Assembly: GCA_036566445.1 (NCBI GenBank)
Contig: DATCWH010000004.1
Span: 8,049 to 72,048 of the forward strand
Direction: 5' to 3'
Length of the DNA stretch: 64,000 nucleotides
Origin: Nitrososphaeraceae archaeon
GTDB lineage: Archaea; Thermoproteota; Nitrososphaeria; Nitrososphaerales; Nitrososphaeraceae
This document shows positions 10,003 to 19,904 of this stretch, one piece after another. The notes below the pieces were generated by a model, which saw only the letters and a program-made list of their open reading frames with translations, was not told the DNA's origin and ran no database searches. A program made the translations under genes and the position numbers. Each line of letters begins with the position of its first letter. Positions within the stretch are counted from its first letter, which is position 1.

Positions 10003-10452
10003 ATGGAAAAGTCAAATGGAACAAAGATAGTTGTAACTATAGTAGCATTTAATCTAGTTAGTCTAGTCTTATGTTCAATTTATTTTAATCAGATGACGCT
10101 TGCCGAGGAACTCGAATTAAAAAGTGTGGGAAAAGGCACCATTTCTTGTGATGGTGGGGATGGAATCAACGGTATGAAGCTAAACTTTTTTGTGTCCTAT
10201 GATATAGGAACGTCATTCGCTGAATGGAATGTTGATCATCAGAAATTAGGATCTGCCGGTGGCATCATTACTAAAATAAAGACGTCATCAAATAGTTTTG
10301 TTTTGAAAGGCGTAGAGGCTTTCGATAATATTTGTAATAATGAAACACCTTCTGACATTTACCTTTCAGGAAATTGTGGAGAAGGAACGTTAAGACTAGT
10401 ATCCGATAACGGAAACAAGGGTACTTTTACGTCTAACGTAATATGTGGTTGA
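10003..10452 (+). CDS. Hypothetical secreted protein
   Basis: N-terminal signal or anchor; beta-rich body with 4 Cys. Confidence 0.6.
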   Translation: MEKSNGTKIVVTIVAFNLVSLVLCSIYFNQMTLAEELELKSVGKGTISCDGGDGINGMKLNFFVSYDIGTSFAEWNVDHQKLGSAGGIITKIKTSSNSFVLKGVEAFDNICNNETPSDIYLSGNCGEGTLRLVSDNGNKGTFTSNVICG

Positions 10453-10574
10453 ATATAGTCAAAACTTTAACAGTAGAGTTGGTTTATCTTCACAACAAGA
10501 TGAACTAACGAACTTAACAGAAATAATAATGATTTAAAAGGATTATAAATAGAAAAGTACAAGAACGATTAAAC

Positions 10575-10772
10575 TTGGATCTCACTTTTTTAAAAAAATG
10601 GCTTCCTATAGCTGCCATCTCTGCCTTGATTCCAATTATCATTAGTCTCATTTTGGGTATTCACATAATACAAGCACTTGTAGCTTCTGGCCTCACTGTC
10701 TTGCTAGTAGTAAGTGGTCTTATTTTTAGATCGCATGGACGAGAAAAAAATCCTGGATTTGAAAATCCATAA
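10575..10772 (+). CDS. Small two-TM membrane protein
   Basis: Two hydrophobic segments; TTATAAAT TATA-like box about 25-30 nt upstream. Confidence 0.6.
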   Translation: MDLTFLKKWLPIAAISALIPIIISLILGIHIIQALVASGLTVLLVVSGLIFRSHGREKNPGFENP

Positions 10773-10798
10773 AGATGTGTAAAAATAATTTCTCTGAT

Positions 10799-11113
10799 TC
10801 AGGCCATTTTGGTAATGGGAGTTTCCATACCAATTACATTTTCGTCTAAAATGCTTAGCATCAAATTGTAATACTGTAGGAATGATCGGCCTTTTTCTGT
10901 TGCTCGATAAGTTAATACGCCATCATCGAGATTTTGAATAATTAATTCCTTTTCTAAAAGTTCGTACAAGTATCGATTAATTTGCTCATAACTTAAATTT
11001 GCCTTGTACATGATATGCGTTTTTCTTATACCTGCTTTACATAAGTCTACTATGTCTGCCATAATCTGGATTTTTCCTCTATTATTTTCATTTTTGCACA
11101 TCGTTTTGCTCAT
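10799..11113 (-). CDS. Winged-helix transcriptional regulator (archaeal HTH_45-like)
   Basis: RGKIQIMADIV...KTHIMYKANLSY...YL.EL...YRATEKG. Start moved to the ATG at 11113. Confidence 0.82.
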   Translation of the reverse strand: MSKTMCKNENNRGKIQIMADIVDLCKAGIRKTHIMYKANLSYEQINRYLYELLEKELIIQNLDDGVLTYRATEKGRSFLQYYNLMLSILDENVIGMETPITKMA

Positions 11114-11263
11114 TTTCGATGTTATGAAAGATACCAAAGTAATTAAGGAGAACCATGAAATTCGACGGTGGAACGATCGTTCCATCTCAAATGAAAACTG
11201 ATATCGGAAATTTACCGCTTCGCACATGATTTGCTATTAAAAATAGAATAAGAATTTTTCATT

Positions 11264-12376
11264 ATGCTACAGTCAACGAACCTACATAATAATAACCATA
11301 ATTTACTACCACTTTCATTTATGAAGAAAGGCTTCAAAACTGAGATAATAAGGGTAAATACGAGGAAACCGAACCATGCAATAATTCGAAAAGCTTCAAA
11401 ATTAATTTGTAGTGGCGAAATTATTGCATTCCCAACTGAAACAGTATATGGGTTAGGAGCTAATGCATTGGACCCACCATCGGTATCGAAAATATATAAA
11501 ATTAAAGGCAGACCTGCCGATAATCCATTAATCGTCCACATAGCAGATATGAAGACCTTGAGGACATTGGTAAGCGAGATGCCTCCTAGCGCTATCAGAA
11601 TTATCAACAAGTTTTGGCCTGGTCCAATAACTCTAGTTCTAAAGAAATCAAAAATTGTGCCTAAAATCACAACTGGAGGTTTAAACACGGTTGCGATTCG
11701 TATGCCGAGAAGTAATGTTGCTTTAGCATTAATAAAAAAGTCGGGCATGCCAATTGCGGCACCGTCTGCAAACATTTCAGGAAGACCAAGTCCTACAAAC
11801 GCCAGTCACGTCAAAGATGATCTTAATGGAAAAATAAAACTGATCTTAGATGGTGGTAGTACTGAAATTGGAATTGAGTCTACAGTAATCGATATGACAC
11901 AACGCACTCCTGTGATATTAAGACCCGGTGGAATCTCAAAAGAATTGATTGAGAATGAAATAGGCAAAGTTCGCTTTCATAATTCACTTCTTGGTTTGGG
12001 TAGGAGCATGGCTAAAATCAATAAATCACCTGGAATGAAATACAGACATTACTCACCGAATGCCAAAGTAATACTCGTAGAGGGTTCCGAATTCAGGACA
12101 AAGAGCAAAATCATTGAATTGAATGAAAAATTAAAGAGTGAAGGCAAGAAAGTTTGTATAATGACTACCAGTAAATCATTGAAGGTAGATGCGGATAAGA
12201 TTCTATATATGGGAAAGACGTTAGAATTGATTGCAAGAAATTTATTTTCGAATCTTAGGGAAGCGGACAAAAGTAATTTTGACATCATAGTAGTCCAAGG
12301 AATTCAGTATAATAAAACAGGTTTTGCCATAATGAATAGACTAAAGAAAGCTGCTATTACAAGTATAAGGGTATGA
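11264..12376 (+). CDS. sua5: Threonylcarbamoyl-AMP synthase Sua5 (likely start 11321)
   Basis: AFPTETVYGLG, KGRPADNPLIVH, APSANISG and the SUA5-domain motif SPGMKYRHYSP. Confidence 0.95.
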   Translation: MLQSTNLHNNNHNLLPLSFMKKGFKTEIIRVNTRKPNHAIIRKASKLICSGEIIAFPTETVYGLGANALDPPSVSKIYKIKGRPADNPLIVHIADMKTLRTLVSEMPPSAIRIINKFWPGPITLVLKKSKIVPKITTGGLNTVAIRMPRSNVALALIKKSGMPIAAPSANISGRPSPTNASHVKDDLNGKIKLILDGGSTEIGIESTVIDMTQRTPVILRPGGISKELIENEIGKVRFHNSLLGLGRSMAKINKSPGMKYRHYSPNAKVILVEGSEFRTKSKIIELNEKLKSEGKKVCIMTTSKSLKVDADKILYMGKTLELIARNLFSNLREADKSNFDIIVVQGIQYNKTGFAIMNRLKKAAITSIRV

Positions 12377-12383
12377 CTTCGTA

Positions 12384-13118
12384 TTAATTCATGCTTTGTT
12401 TGTCAGTTAACCCAGATATCAGATTCTTAATAATTGGATTTCTTCCAAGGTATGATCCAATTTTCTTAAAGTTGCATTTATCCACAAATGGGATAATTGA
12501 TATTGTTTTAATCTCAGTCAATTTTTCAATATATTTTGGGGTCAAAGATTCCACAATATTAGGATGCCTTGGCATCTGATTAAAAATTACTCCCATAATT
12601 GGAATTTTAGTTTCTTTACATGCGTTTATGGTCGAAATGGTATGATTTATAGAACCAAGCTTGGGGCTAGACACAATAATAATTGGTAGGTTCATCTTCT
12701 TTATTATATCTTGTAATGAAACTCTCGTTGTGATGGGAACCATAATACCCCCAATTCCTTCGACTAGAGTGAAATCATATTTTTTTTTAAGAAAATTAAA
12801 TTTTCTAGTTACCATCTTTAGATCTATAGTTGTACGCAAAATCTCAGCTGCCATTAAAGGAGAAGCAGATATTGGGAAGAATACAGGATTTAGTATTTGA
12901 TCAGGTTCTCTAATATTTGCAGCTTTGGCTAGTATAGCGGTATCGCGGGACTTGTAGTTGCTTGAATATATTTTAGATGAAGTCGCAAATGGCTTCATAA
13001 TGCCCACTTTTATTTTATTTCTACTAAGTAACCAAGCTAAGCCACATGTTATTGTAGTTTTTCCAATTTCAGTATCAGTACCTGTAATAAATACACCTTG
13101 TAATTTATCGTGTGAAAT
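12384..13118 (-). CDS. bioD: Dethiobiotin synthase (start codon non-canonical or uncertain)
   Basis: Upstream of the called GTG (13007) the frame continues as LQGVFITGTDTEIGKTT (P-loop). Also present: MKP, SP..AA, VEGIGG and LGSINHT. Confidence 0.88.
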   Translation of the reverse strand: MSHDKLQGVFITGTDTEIGKTTITCGLAWLLSRNKIKVGIMKPFATSSKIYSSNYKSRDTAILAKAANIREPDQILNPVFFPISASPLMAAEILRTTIDLKMVTRKFNFLKKKYDFTLVEGIGGIMVPITTRVSLQDIIKKMNLPIIIVSSPKLGSINHTISTINACKETKIPIMGVIFNQMPRHPNIVESLTPKYIEKLTEIKTISIIPFVDKCNFKKIGSYLGRNPIIKNLISGLTDKQSMN

Positions 13119-13299
13119 AGATGATAAATCTCTCTTCGTAAATAAACGTAAATATACTATTATTTAGATTTTTTATTTCAGGTCTTTTACAATCAAATAA
13201 AGAATTCTGGAAAGATTCTATCATAATCATGTTTGTTTGGGTTTTTGTGTCATATTATAAGTAAAATTAAAATTCAATTGGGGTCCACTGTTTCTTAAT

Positions 13300-13839
13300 T
13301 TGGATACCAAAAATAGAATTCTACTTACTGCTTTAACTTTTGTAATTTTTTCTGAGTTGTCTTGTCAATCTTACGCAATTGAATTGAAAAGTAACAACAA
13401 CGCATCAGCGAATAATCTTGATTTTTTTCCTCAATATAATAAAACTACCATTTCAATAAATGGATTTAAAGTCCTATTGGCCATTGCATCTACCGACGAA
13501 CAGAGGATCAGAGGTCTGTCCGGGTTGGAAAAGTTAAATGAGAATCAAGGAATGTTATTTATGTTCAACGAACCATCAAGGCAAGGGTTTTGGATGAATG
13601 AAATGAATTTTCCAATAGACATAATTTGGCTGGATTCAAACAGTAAAGTAGTCCATATCGAAAAAAATTTGGAACCATGTAGAATTTTCATGACATGTCC
13701 TGTTTATGAGCCTCAGTTGGATTCATTATACGTAATAGAACTTCGGTCCGGTTTTACTAACGATCATTCAATAAAGAATGGTATGAAAATTAACCTTAAT
13801 CTAACGCAGGACAATGGATACTCAATTAACGATGATTAA
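13300..13839 (+). CDS. DUF192 family exported protein
   Basis: RGLSG...QGMLFMF...FWMNEMNFPIDIIWLD...YVIEL; signal peptide. Confidence 0.88.
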   Translation: MDTKNRILLTALTFVIFSELSCQSYAIELKSNNNASANNLDFFPQYNKTTISINGFKVLLAIASTDEQRIRGLSGLEKLNENQGMLFMFNEPSRQGFWMNEMNFPIDIIWLDSNSKVVHIEKNLEPCRIFMTCPVYEPQLDSLYVIELRSGFTNDHSIKNGMKINLNLTQDNGYSINDD

Positions 13840-13865
13840 AATTGAGCAATATTTAATCTACAATA

Positions 13866-14225
13866 ATGGTAGAAAATGACATAGTCATAAATTTTGACAA
13901 GAATGAAGTCAAACCAAAGGAGGAACTCAATGGAGTTGTAAAAATCAACTACTGCGGCCGCTTTGATAGCATTGTCATAAATTCACAGATAGAAAATACG
14001 AGTGACGTTTTTAGTTTCATAAACATTGATGGGAAAAAAATCAACTATTCGTATGCAAGGATGCCTATACTAAGACAGGATATTAAAGATGGAAACGAAA
14101 TTAAATTTACAGTAATCACTGAACACGTCCCTCAAGCAATTTCAAACGTTAAATTCAGGGTTTCAATAATCCAAGAACATAAGGAAGTTGCTGATGATGT
14201 AACTTTCCTCAAAATAATACTGTGA
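13866..14225 (+). CDS. Hypothetical protein (beta-sandwich-like)
   Basis: Clean 119-aa ORF with host-like composition. Confidence 0.6.
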   Translation: MVENDIVINFDKNEVKPKEELNGVVKINYCGRFDSIVINSQIENTSDVFSFINIDGKKINYSYARMPILRQDIKDGNEIKFTVITEHVPQAISNVKFRVSIIQEHKEVADDVTFLKIIL

Positions 14226-14332
14226 AGCAAAGTGTCAATGGTCATTCCAAGTATATGGAAAGATTAGATTGTGAAATATGTTGAATCAAGATGGACAGAA
14301 GGTAAAGAGTTTTGCAAATAAATCATAAAAAG

Positions 14333-14794
14333 TTAGACGAAACTCTTTACGATGGTAACCTTTCCTGTCATCCATGGATGGGGTTCACAATGATAAGGAT
14401 ACTCCCCATCCTTAGTAAACGTGTATTCGTATGTTTTTTGTGGGAGTATTAAACCTCCACTTTCAATTGAATTAAAGGGACCACTTATCTGATCGGTGTA
14501 TTGGTTATCGCTAGTAACAGTATGGGCAGTAGTATCAACGTTAGTCCAAATTATCTTATTATCGATACCTAATGTTCCCCTTATATCCTTGGGTTCAAAG
14601 TTTCTCTGCTGTGAGGGCTGTGATGAACCTTCTATGATAGACACTTTGGCTGCTTCTGCAGGACTCAGAATTTCCTCTGGTACTTGTGGTTTGGCATTTA
14701 CTTCCTTAGTGTAAACAAATTGATAGTAGACCATACTGACAGTCACACTAATAATAAATGCAATGATACTGATTCCTGCAGCGTGATTATTCAT
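14333..14794 (-). CDS. Membrane-anchored plastocyanin-like cupredoxin (complex III-associated)
   Basis: N-terminal TM; T1 Cu ligands HTVTS and YHCEPHPWM; lies next to the cytochrome b and Rieske genes. Confidence 0.9.
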   Translation of the reverse strand: MNNHAAGISIIAFIISVTVSMVYYQFVYTKEVNAKPQVPEEILSPAEAAKVSIIEGSSQPSQQRNFEPKDIRGTLGIDNKIIWTNVDTTAHTVTSDNQYTDQISGPFNSIESGGLILPQKTYEYTFTKDGEYPYHCEPHPWMTGKVTIVKSFV

Positions 14795-14923
14795 TTATCT
14801 TCTGGTTAATTAATTTGACGACTATATATAATATTAAGATTAATCTTCGTTTGAATATGTGATTATATTTTGTACTCAACCAGTCAATCTTATTTAACTT
14901 GGAGTTTTGAATTTGGGAAAAGA

Positions 14924-16531
14924 TTACTTTTTCTCATCCGAAGCTAATTCATGTTCACTATGCGTTGGTCCAGTTGATTCTGCTTTATTTACAGATTGAA
15001 CTGTCTGTGATGAGGTTGTGCTACCCTTTGTAGGAGCCAATGTTTTTTCTTTAGCTACAGATTCCTCAAGCACTTTAGTGGTCATAGTATCCTGACCTGC
15101 TGTAGGGCCTGTTTTTGTTAGTGAAGGAGGCTTTGCTTTCATAGGCATTGGTGGGACAGTTGGCTTCGGAGGTGGAGCTTTTTGCATGGATTTTCCATGC
15201 CTGTATATATGAAACATCCCAGCGAAAACTAGCATCATGATACCTACAATAAACAGCGAGTAGTTTTGCATTCCATTTAGTACTGCGTAATACGCAGCGA
15301 TATTGAGGTAAACTTGAAATGCCAAGAGGGCAATAAATATTCCATAAATCCATTTTTCAGATAAGTTTATTGAGCTTTTGCTTGTCGGTTTTTTGGGTTG
15401 AATCTTTGCATTTGCTTCTGCATTTTTTGCCAATTTTATCATCAAATAAGTAAAACCGAATGACAACGGCACGAGCAGAATCATTACTAGATAAAGGAAA
15501 ACTGGATCAATTACGAGTCTTTCGAGTAACGATTTGGTTCTATCTGGATCTATATAGAAACCCCAGTAAGTAGTTACTATTATTTGAGCTAAACTCGTAA
15601 TGCCTATAGCAGTTATTATTGGTCTATCTTTCCATGAAAATTTCTTGTATCGATCTATGAAGGGTATTATAAGTAAGACAAAAATAAACAAGCCTGGCCA
15701 GGCTACACCGGTCGTAAATTTATCGTACGCACTGCGCAGGAACGCATAAAGTCCTGTCAAGTACCACTCAGGTACGGTGATACCAGGCGGAACATTGGGA
15801 TCGAATTTCAATCCCATGTCAACAGGAAATACTCCACCTGTTAGCATGATTGCACCTGTTATTGCCATTACCATTGGAACATCAAAAACCAAGAATCTAG
15901 GGAAGTGTACAAGCATTAGGCCCAACATTACTATTGGTAGGAAGAAGACATGAAAAGCATAAAATCTCAGAACAAAATCATGGAATCCCGATCCGAAGAA
16001 AGCATCTCTCATCTGTGGTCCCATTATGGGGATTGAATTCGTAAGTGAAGCTGCAATAGAAATTGCTAATTCTGCCCTTTCACTGAAAATAATATCATAT
16101 CCCGTAAAGGCCTCTAATATTGTAAGTACTCCTAATATAATACCGGTAACCCAAAGTATTTCATTTCTAATCTTGTATCTCCCACTGAAATACTGGTAGT
16201 ACATGTGGAGTAGTGCTACCATGACCATTGCGTTTGATGCATGATAGTGAATGTTTCTTAGATGAAATCCATAGGGAATAACATCATTAATTGTCTTAAC
16301 ACTATCCCATGCTCTATCTAAAATAGGCTCATAGAACAACATTAGTAATGCTCCAGTAATGCCCAAAATTATGAAAATTACAAATGTAAGCATTCCTAAA
16401 AATCCAAGTGGGCTTACAAATCTGCCTGGGAATGTAAATTTCATTCCCATGAAGATAGTTCTTTCCACTCCGGCGTAGACCCATCTGATGAAACGAGTCA
16501 GACTATTTTCTCTATGTAAGGTAACGCCCAT
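14924..16531 (-). CDS. petB: Cytochrome b of complex III (extended C-terminus)
   Basis: RNIHYHASN, LLHMYYQY, RFYAFHVFFLP...LVHF and the PEWY motif. Confidence 0.93.
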   Translation of the reverse strand: MGVTLHRENSLTRFIRWVYAGVERTIFMGMKFTFPGRFVSPLGFLGMLTFVIFIILGITGALLMLFYEPILDRAWDSVKTINDVIPYGFHLRNIHYHASNAMVMVALLHMYYQYFSGRYKIRNEILWVTGIILGVLTILEAFTGYDIIFSERAELAISIAASLTNSIPIMGPQMRDAFFGSGFHDFVLRFYAFHVFFLPIVMLGLMLVHFPRFLVFDVPMVMAITGAIMLTGGVFPVDMGLKFDPNVPPGITVPEWYLTGLYAFLRSAYDKFTTGVAWPGLFIFVLLIIPFIDRYKKFSWKDRPIITAIGITSLAQIIVTTYWGFYIDPDRTKSLLERLVIDPVFLYLVMILLVPLSFGFTYLMIKLAKNAEANAKIQPKKPTSKSSINLSEKWIYGIFIALLAFQVYLNIAAYYAVLNGMQNYSLFIVGIMMLVFAGMFHIYRHGKSMQKAPPPKPTVPPMPMKAKPPSLTKTGPTAGQDTMTTKVLEESVAKEKTLAPTKGSTTSSQTVQSVNKAESTGPTHSEHELASDEKK

Positions 16532-17123
16532 AACCTACTATCCCATTCCCATTGACCCCCCAATTCGGAGGTTTAATCCACATGTTACCATCAGTAGCAA
16601 TCTCTAAATCTAAAACAGGTAACACATTATTAGGAGGAGCCTGTAGTGCAGCAGGACCTGCAAATGCTTTACCAGTAAGAGCATCATACATGCTCCCATG
16701 GCATGGACACTCACCTCTTTTTCTTCCAGCTTGTGGCCAATATTTCCAGAGACACCAAAGATGTAGACAAACCATGCTGTATAGTCTGAATGAAGATACA
16801 TCATTCTTTTTTCCACCAAGCTCCTCAGGCAATCTGATAAATTGCCATGCTCGAAATGCCTCCTTATTTAATACTGGATCGTCGCTCTTAGGATAAATAA
16901 CAGCCTCTGCATGATTAATTGGATAAGTATTGACATTAGCTTGAGTACCATCCGGAAGTTCCACCTTTTGTTTTTCATTTGATTGACCAGCTGGATTTGG
17001 AAGAAATTTTCCCCAGTCTACAAAAGGCGCAAAAGTCATCACCGTACCTGCAGCAGCCATGAGTTTTATGAAGTCACGTCTTGATACCTTACCTCCACTT
17101 TTCGGAGAAGGCTGCTGAGCCAT
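16512..17123 (-). CDS. petC: Rieske 2Fe-2S subunit of complex III
   Basis: Tat motif SRRDFIK; Rieske boxes CLHLWC and CPCHGSMY. Confidence 0.93.
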   Translation of the reverse strand: MAQQPSPKSGGKVSRRDFIKLMAAAGTVMTFAPFVDWGKFLPNPAGQSNEKQKVELPDGTQANVNTYPINHAEAVIYPKSDDPVLNKEAFRAWQFIRLPEELGGKKNDVSSFRLYSMVCLHLWCLWKYWPQAGRKRGECPCHGSMYDALTGKAFAGPAALQAPPNNVLPVLDLEIATDGNMWIKPPNWGVNGNGIVGYGRYLT

Positions 17124-17144
17124 ACAAATCTACAGACTCGAAAT

Positions 17145-17160
17145 ATATCATATAAACTTT
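17145..17160 (-). promoter_or_regulatory. TATA box for the Rieske-cytochrome b operon
   Basis: Minus strand reads AAAGTTTATATGATAT, with TTTATA about 28 nt upstream of the ATG at 17123. Confidence 0.5.
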
Positions 17161-17251
17161 TATTCACTAAACTTATTTTCTTTTTTATTAAATGTCAAAC
17201 AATTTTCCTAAATTTATATTCTGAATTTATTGCTAATTGATCTCTAATGAT

Positions 17252-17677
17252 TTAACTGCTTAGATTCACAAACTCTAATTTTTTTAATTTCTTGTTGAAC
17301 CTTTCTCTAAATTCTGGGACATTAATAATTGTTCTTTCGTGGAGCCCTTCGCCTATTTTTTCAATCTTATCCACTGCATCTACTTCGAAAGTTATCCTCC
17401 GATCATTTACATTGATTACTTTAGCCTTTAATTTAACTTCTGTTCCAACAGGTGTTGCTTTTAAGTGCCTGACATTAACCAAAGTTCCTACTGAATCCCA
17501 TGCCTCATCTTGCAAAAATTCTTCCTTTAACAATAACCTACAGGTTTCTTCCATTTCTGAGATCATAGAAGGGGTTGAAAAAACGTTCTCCCCTTCCCAC
17601 AAAAAACTTGTAGTTTGCCCTGCGTTTACTCTAATTTTTCTTTCTTTCGCAGTGCCTTTAAGTATTTTTTTAATCAT
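17252..17677 (-). CDS. Hotdog-fold thioesterase (fluoroacetyl-CoA thioesterase FlK-like)
   Basis: VFSTPSMISEMEETC, SVGTLVNVRHLKATPVG and GLHER. Confidence 0.88.
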   Translation of the reverse strand: MIKKILKGTAKERKIRVNAGQTTSFLWEGENVFSTPSMISEMEETCRLLLKEEFLQDEAWDSVGTLVNVRHLKATPVGTEVKLKAKVINVNDRRITFEVDAVDKIEKIGEGLHERTIINVPEFRERFNKKLKKLEFVNLSS

Positions 17678-17730
17678 GATGAGATTCCTTCTTAGAAATC
17701 ATAATAAAAAGAAAAGAGGTCGGGCAGATA

Positions 17731-17862
17731 CTACTTTCTATGTCGTACACCGGATATTATTGCATATACTAAACCTACAGACAATCCAAAGGCAAGAGGT
17801 ATCCATACTCCGAAGCTCTCCCAAGTCGGCGGTGCTATTTGTTGAATTATGCTTTCGAACAT
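17731..17862 (-). CDS. 43-aa single-TM small protein, missing from the ORF track
   Basis: ATG at 17862 reads MFESIIQQIAPPTWESFGVWIPLAFGLSVGLVYAIISGVRHRK* (TAG at 17731), followed by a T-rich terminator-like tract. Confidence 0.7.
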   Translation of the reverse strand: MFESIIQQIAPPTWESFGVWIPLAFGLSVGLVYAIISGVRHRK

Positions 17863-18040
17863 TATTAAGAGTGGTATAAAGTAATCAGTATATTAGATTT
17901 TCTCCAAGAATGAGGAACAACTAAGATTCTCTTAAATAACTAAAGCTAGAATATCTTGCTAATTCTTATTATGAGAAAGGAGATTTGAATAATAGATTGT
18001 TCGTTGCCCTTAAATTACCCACAAGGGACTATTTGACAAT

Positions 18041-18319
18041 ATGAAAATGCAGAAAGAGTTGAATAAATTCTGCCCAAGGTGTAAGAAACATACAGTTCAA
18101 TCAGTTGCCATATACAAGAAAGGCAAAGATAGAAAATCAGCTGAAGGTGCAAGAAGACATGCAGAGGACAAAAAAGGATATGGTGGACAAAAATTTCCAG
18201 AACTAAAGAGAACTGCTAAAACTACAAAGAAAATTACCCTTAGATATACTTGTAAAAATTGTCAGCGTAAAACAATGAAGGAAGGTATGCGAATGAGGAA
18301 GCTGGAGATTCAGCCTTAA
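18041..18319 (+). CDS. rpl44e: 50S ribosomal protein L44e
   Basis: CPRCKKHT, GYGGQKFP, AKTTKK and C..C. Confidence 0.97.
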   Translation: MKMQKELNKFCPRCKKHTVQSVAIYKKGKDRKSAEGARRHAEDKKGYGGQKFPELKRTAKTTKKITLRYTCKNCQRKTMKEGMRMRKLEIQP

Positions 18320-18332
18320 TTTGTGATGTGCG

Positions 18333-18530
18333 ATGAGAAAAGAAAATATTTTAATTCCAAAACCAAAAAGCAACTTTTTATCCGTACAATGCACAACTTG
18401 TCAGGAAAAGCAGGTTATTTTTTCCCATGCAACGAGTGACATTAATTGCAAATCATGTGGAAATCCGATAGCCAAAAAAACTGGCGGAAAATCGGCAATC
18501 CTTGGAGAAATCATTAGTATCCTTGATTAA
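18333..18530 (+). CDS. rps27e: 30S ribosomal protein S27e
   Basis: PKPKSNFLSVQC..C...QVIFSHA...C..C...TGGK. Confidence 0.97.
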   Translation: MRKENILIPKPKSNFLSVQCTTCQEKQVIFSHATSDINCKSCGNPIAKKTGGKSAILGEIISILD

Positions 18531-19155
18531 ATTTTTTAGAACCTAGTAAGAAGAAATCTTTTTCTGTATTTATGTTAAATGCCAGTCTTTCATTATTGAT
18601 TGTTATGTAGTGTTCTTTGATTTCTTGGCCTTTTTGTATTTTAGACGAATCAAAAATTGTTATTCCGGAGTGAAAGTACCCTTTGTTTCCTAATTTTATT
18701 GATATGGTAGGAATCACACCCAATTTTGTTATGAATTCCTTATCCAATACTATCGAGATACACTGCTTGTCACCATCCCAATTAGAAATTATTTCCTCAA
18801 TTAATTCCGGAGTAATTAATGGCAAATCTGAAGGCAAGACAAAAACAATTGAAGGTCTCAATTTTTCTAAAACAAATAGTAGATCAGTTGAGTAGTCAAT
18901 ACCACTCGTCTCTATAACCTCAAGATATCCAGTAAGGTGATATTCATGGTTTTTTAAAAAATCTAGGGTATCGTTACTATTGCAACTTGCAGCTGCATAT
19001 ATCCTATCAAATTTTTGAGAATTTTTTAAAGATATTAGAATGTGCTCAATTAATGGTTTATTATTAAGCTTGAGCATAGCTTTGTCCGAACAGAAATCCT
19101 TAATTCTTTCACCTTTACCACCGCACATTACCAGCGCCAACATATCTTGTGTCAT
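18514..19155 (-). CDS. cobY: Adenosylcobinamide-phosphate guanylyltransferase
   Basis: MCGGKGER, DLPL and FNINT NTP-transferase motifs; last gene of the cob operon. Confidence 0.85.
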   Translation of the reverse strand: MTQDMLALVMCGGKGERIKDFCSDKAMLKLNNKPLIEHILISLKNSQKFDRIYAAASCNSNDTLDFLKNHEYHLTGYLEVIETSGIDYSTDLLFVLEKLRPSIVFVLPSDLPLITPELIEEIISNWDGDKQCISIVLDKEFITKLGVIPTISIKLGNKGYFHSGITIFDSSKIQKGQEIKEHYITINNERLAFNINTEKDFFLLGSKKFNQGY

Positions 19156-19157
19156 TT

Positions 19158-19904
19158 TCAGATTGTCAATGTGGATAATATTAGTAGTGATGATAAGCGA
19201 GAAATTTCATTAGAAGCCCCGAACACATCACCACTTACTCCTCCAAAACTCCTGTAAGATATAATATAAATAATAAGACCTATAATTATTACAATACCAA
19301 GAGTTAGTAAACCCATCATACCTTCTATAACAAATACTAATAATATAGAGATAACAGCAGATATAACTATTTTGTTTCCTTTTTTCATCTCAATTGTAAA
19401 TGGGGAGCTAAAACCAGACCAAGCAGAATCACCTATAGATGCCTGTACTACCATAACATATTTTGCTATTATCTCGGAAACAATAATGGCGTAGAATAAT
19501 TTAATGGAGGAATCATAATATGATAACGCAGTAAATAGGCCTATAAAATTAATAATTAGCGCTGTAGCTCCTGCGGAGCCCACTATTGGATCAGACATTG
19601 CTTTCCGCTTAGATTCTCTATCCCCCTTTATCATTAACCCGTCAGCAAAATCCGCTAACCCATCAATGTGATGAACACCAGTTATAATAATAAGCGTTAC
19701 CAATACTAAGAAACTGGTGATATATTGCGGCAGGAAAGTGGAGGATAATAATGCTACGAGTCCTACAATTATACCTATTATTCCTCCACAAAGTGGAAAA
19801 AAATGCATGTTCCTTGCTATGGTATTTAGATCAAGATTATACGCCTTTGGCATTGGAATAATTGTTAAAAAGGAGAGAACAGAAATAAATGACTTAAAAA
19901 CCAT
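19158..19904 (-). CDS. cobS: Adenosylcobinamide-GDP ribazoletransferase
   Basis: SFLTIIP, TGVHHIDGLADFADG, MSDP.VG and FGGVSGDVFGA. Confidence 0.95.
   Translation of the reverse strand: MVFKSFISVLSFLTIIPMPKAYNLDLNTIARNMHFFPLCGGIIGIIVGLVALLSSTFLPQYITSFLVLVTLIIITGVHHIDGLADFADGLMIKGDRESKRKAMSDPIVGSAGATALIINFIGLFTALSYYDSSIKLFYAIIVSEIIAKYVMVVQASIGDSAWSGFSSPFTIEMKKGNKIVISAVISILLVFVIEGMMGLLTLGIVIIIGLIIYIISYRSFGGVSGDVFGASNEISRLSSLLILSTLTI

Noticed and set aside
17292-17879. 195-aa plus-strand ORF and other antisense ORFs (e.g. 11212-11775, 29265-29660, 24789-25145)
   Set aside because: They are shadows of well-supported genes on the opposite strand and have no motifs.
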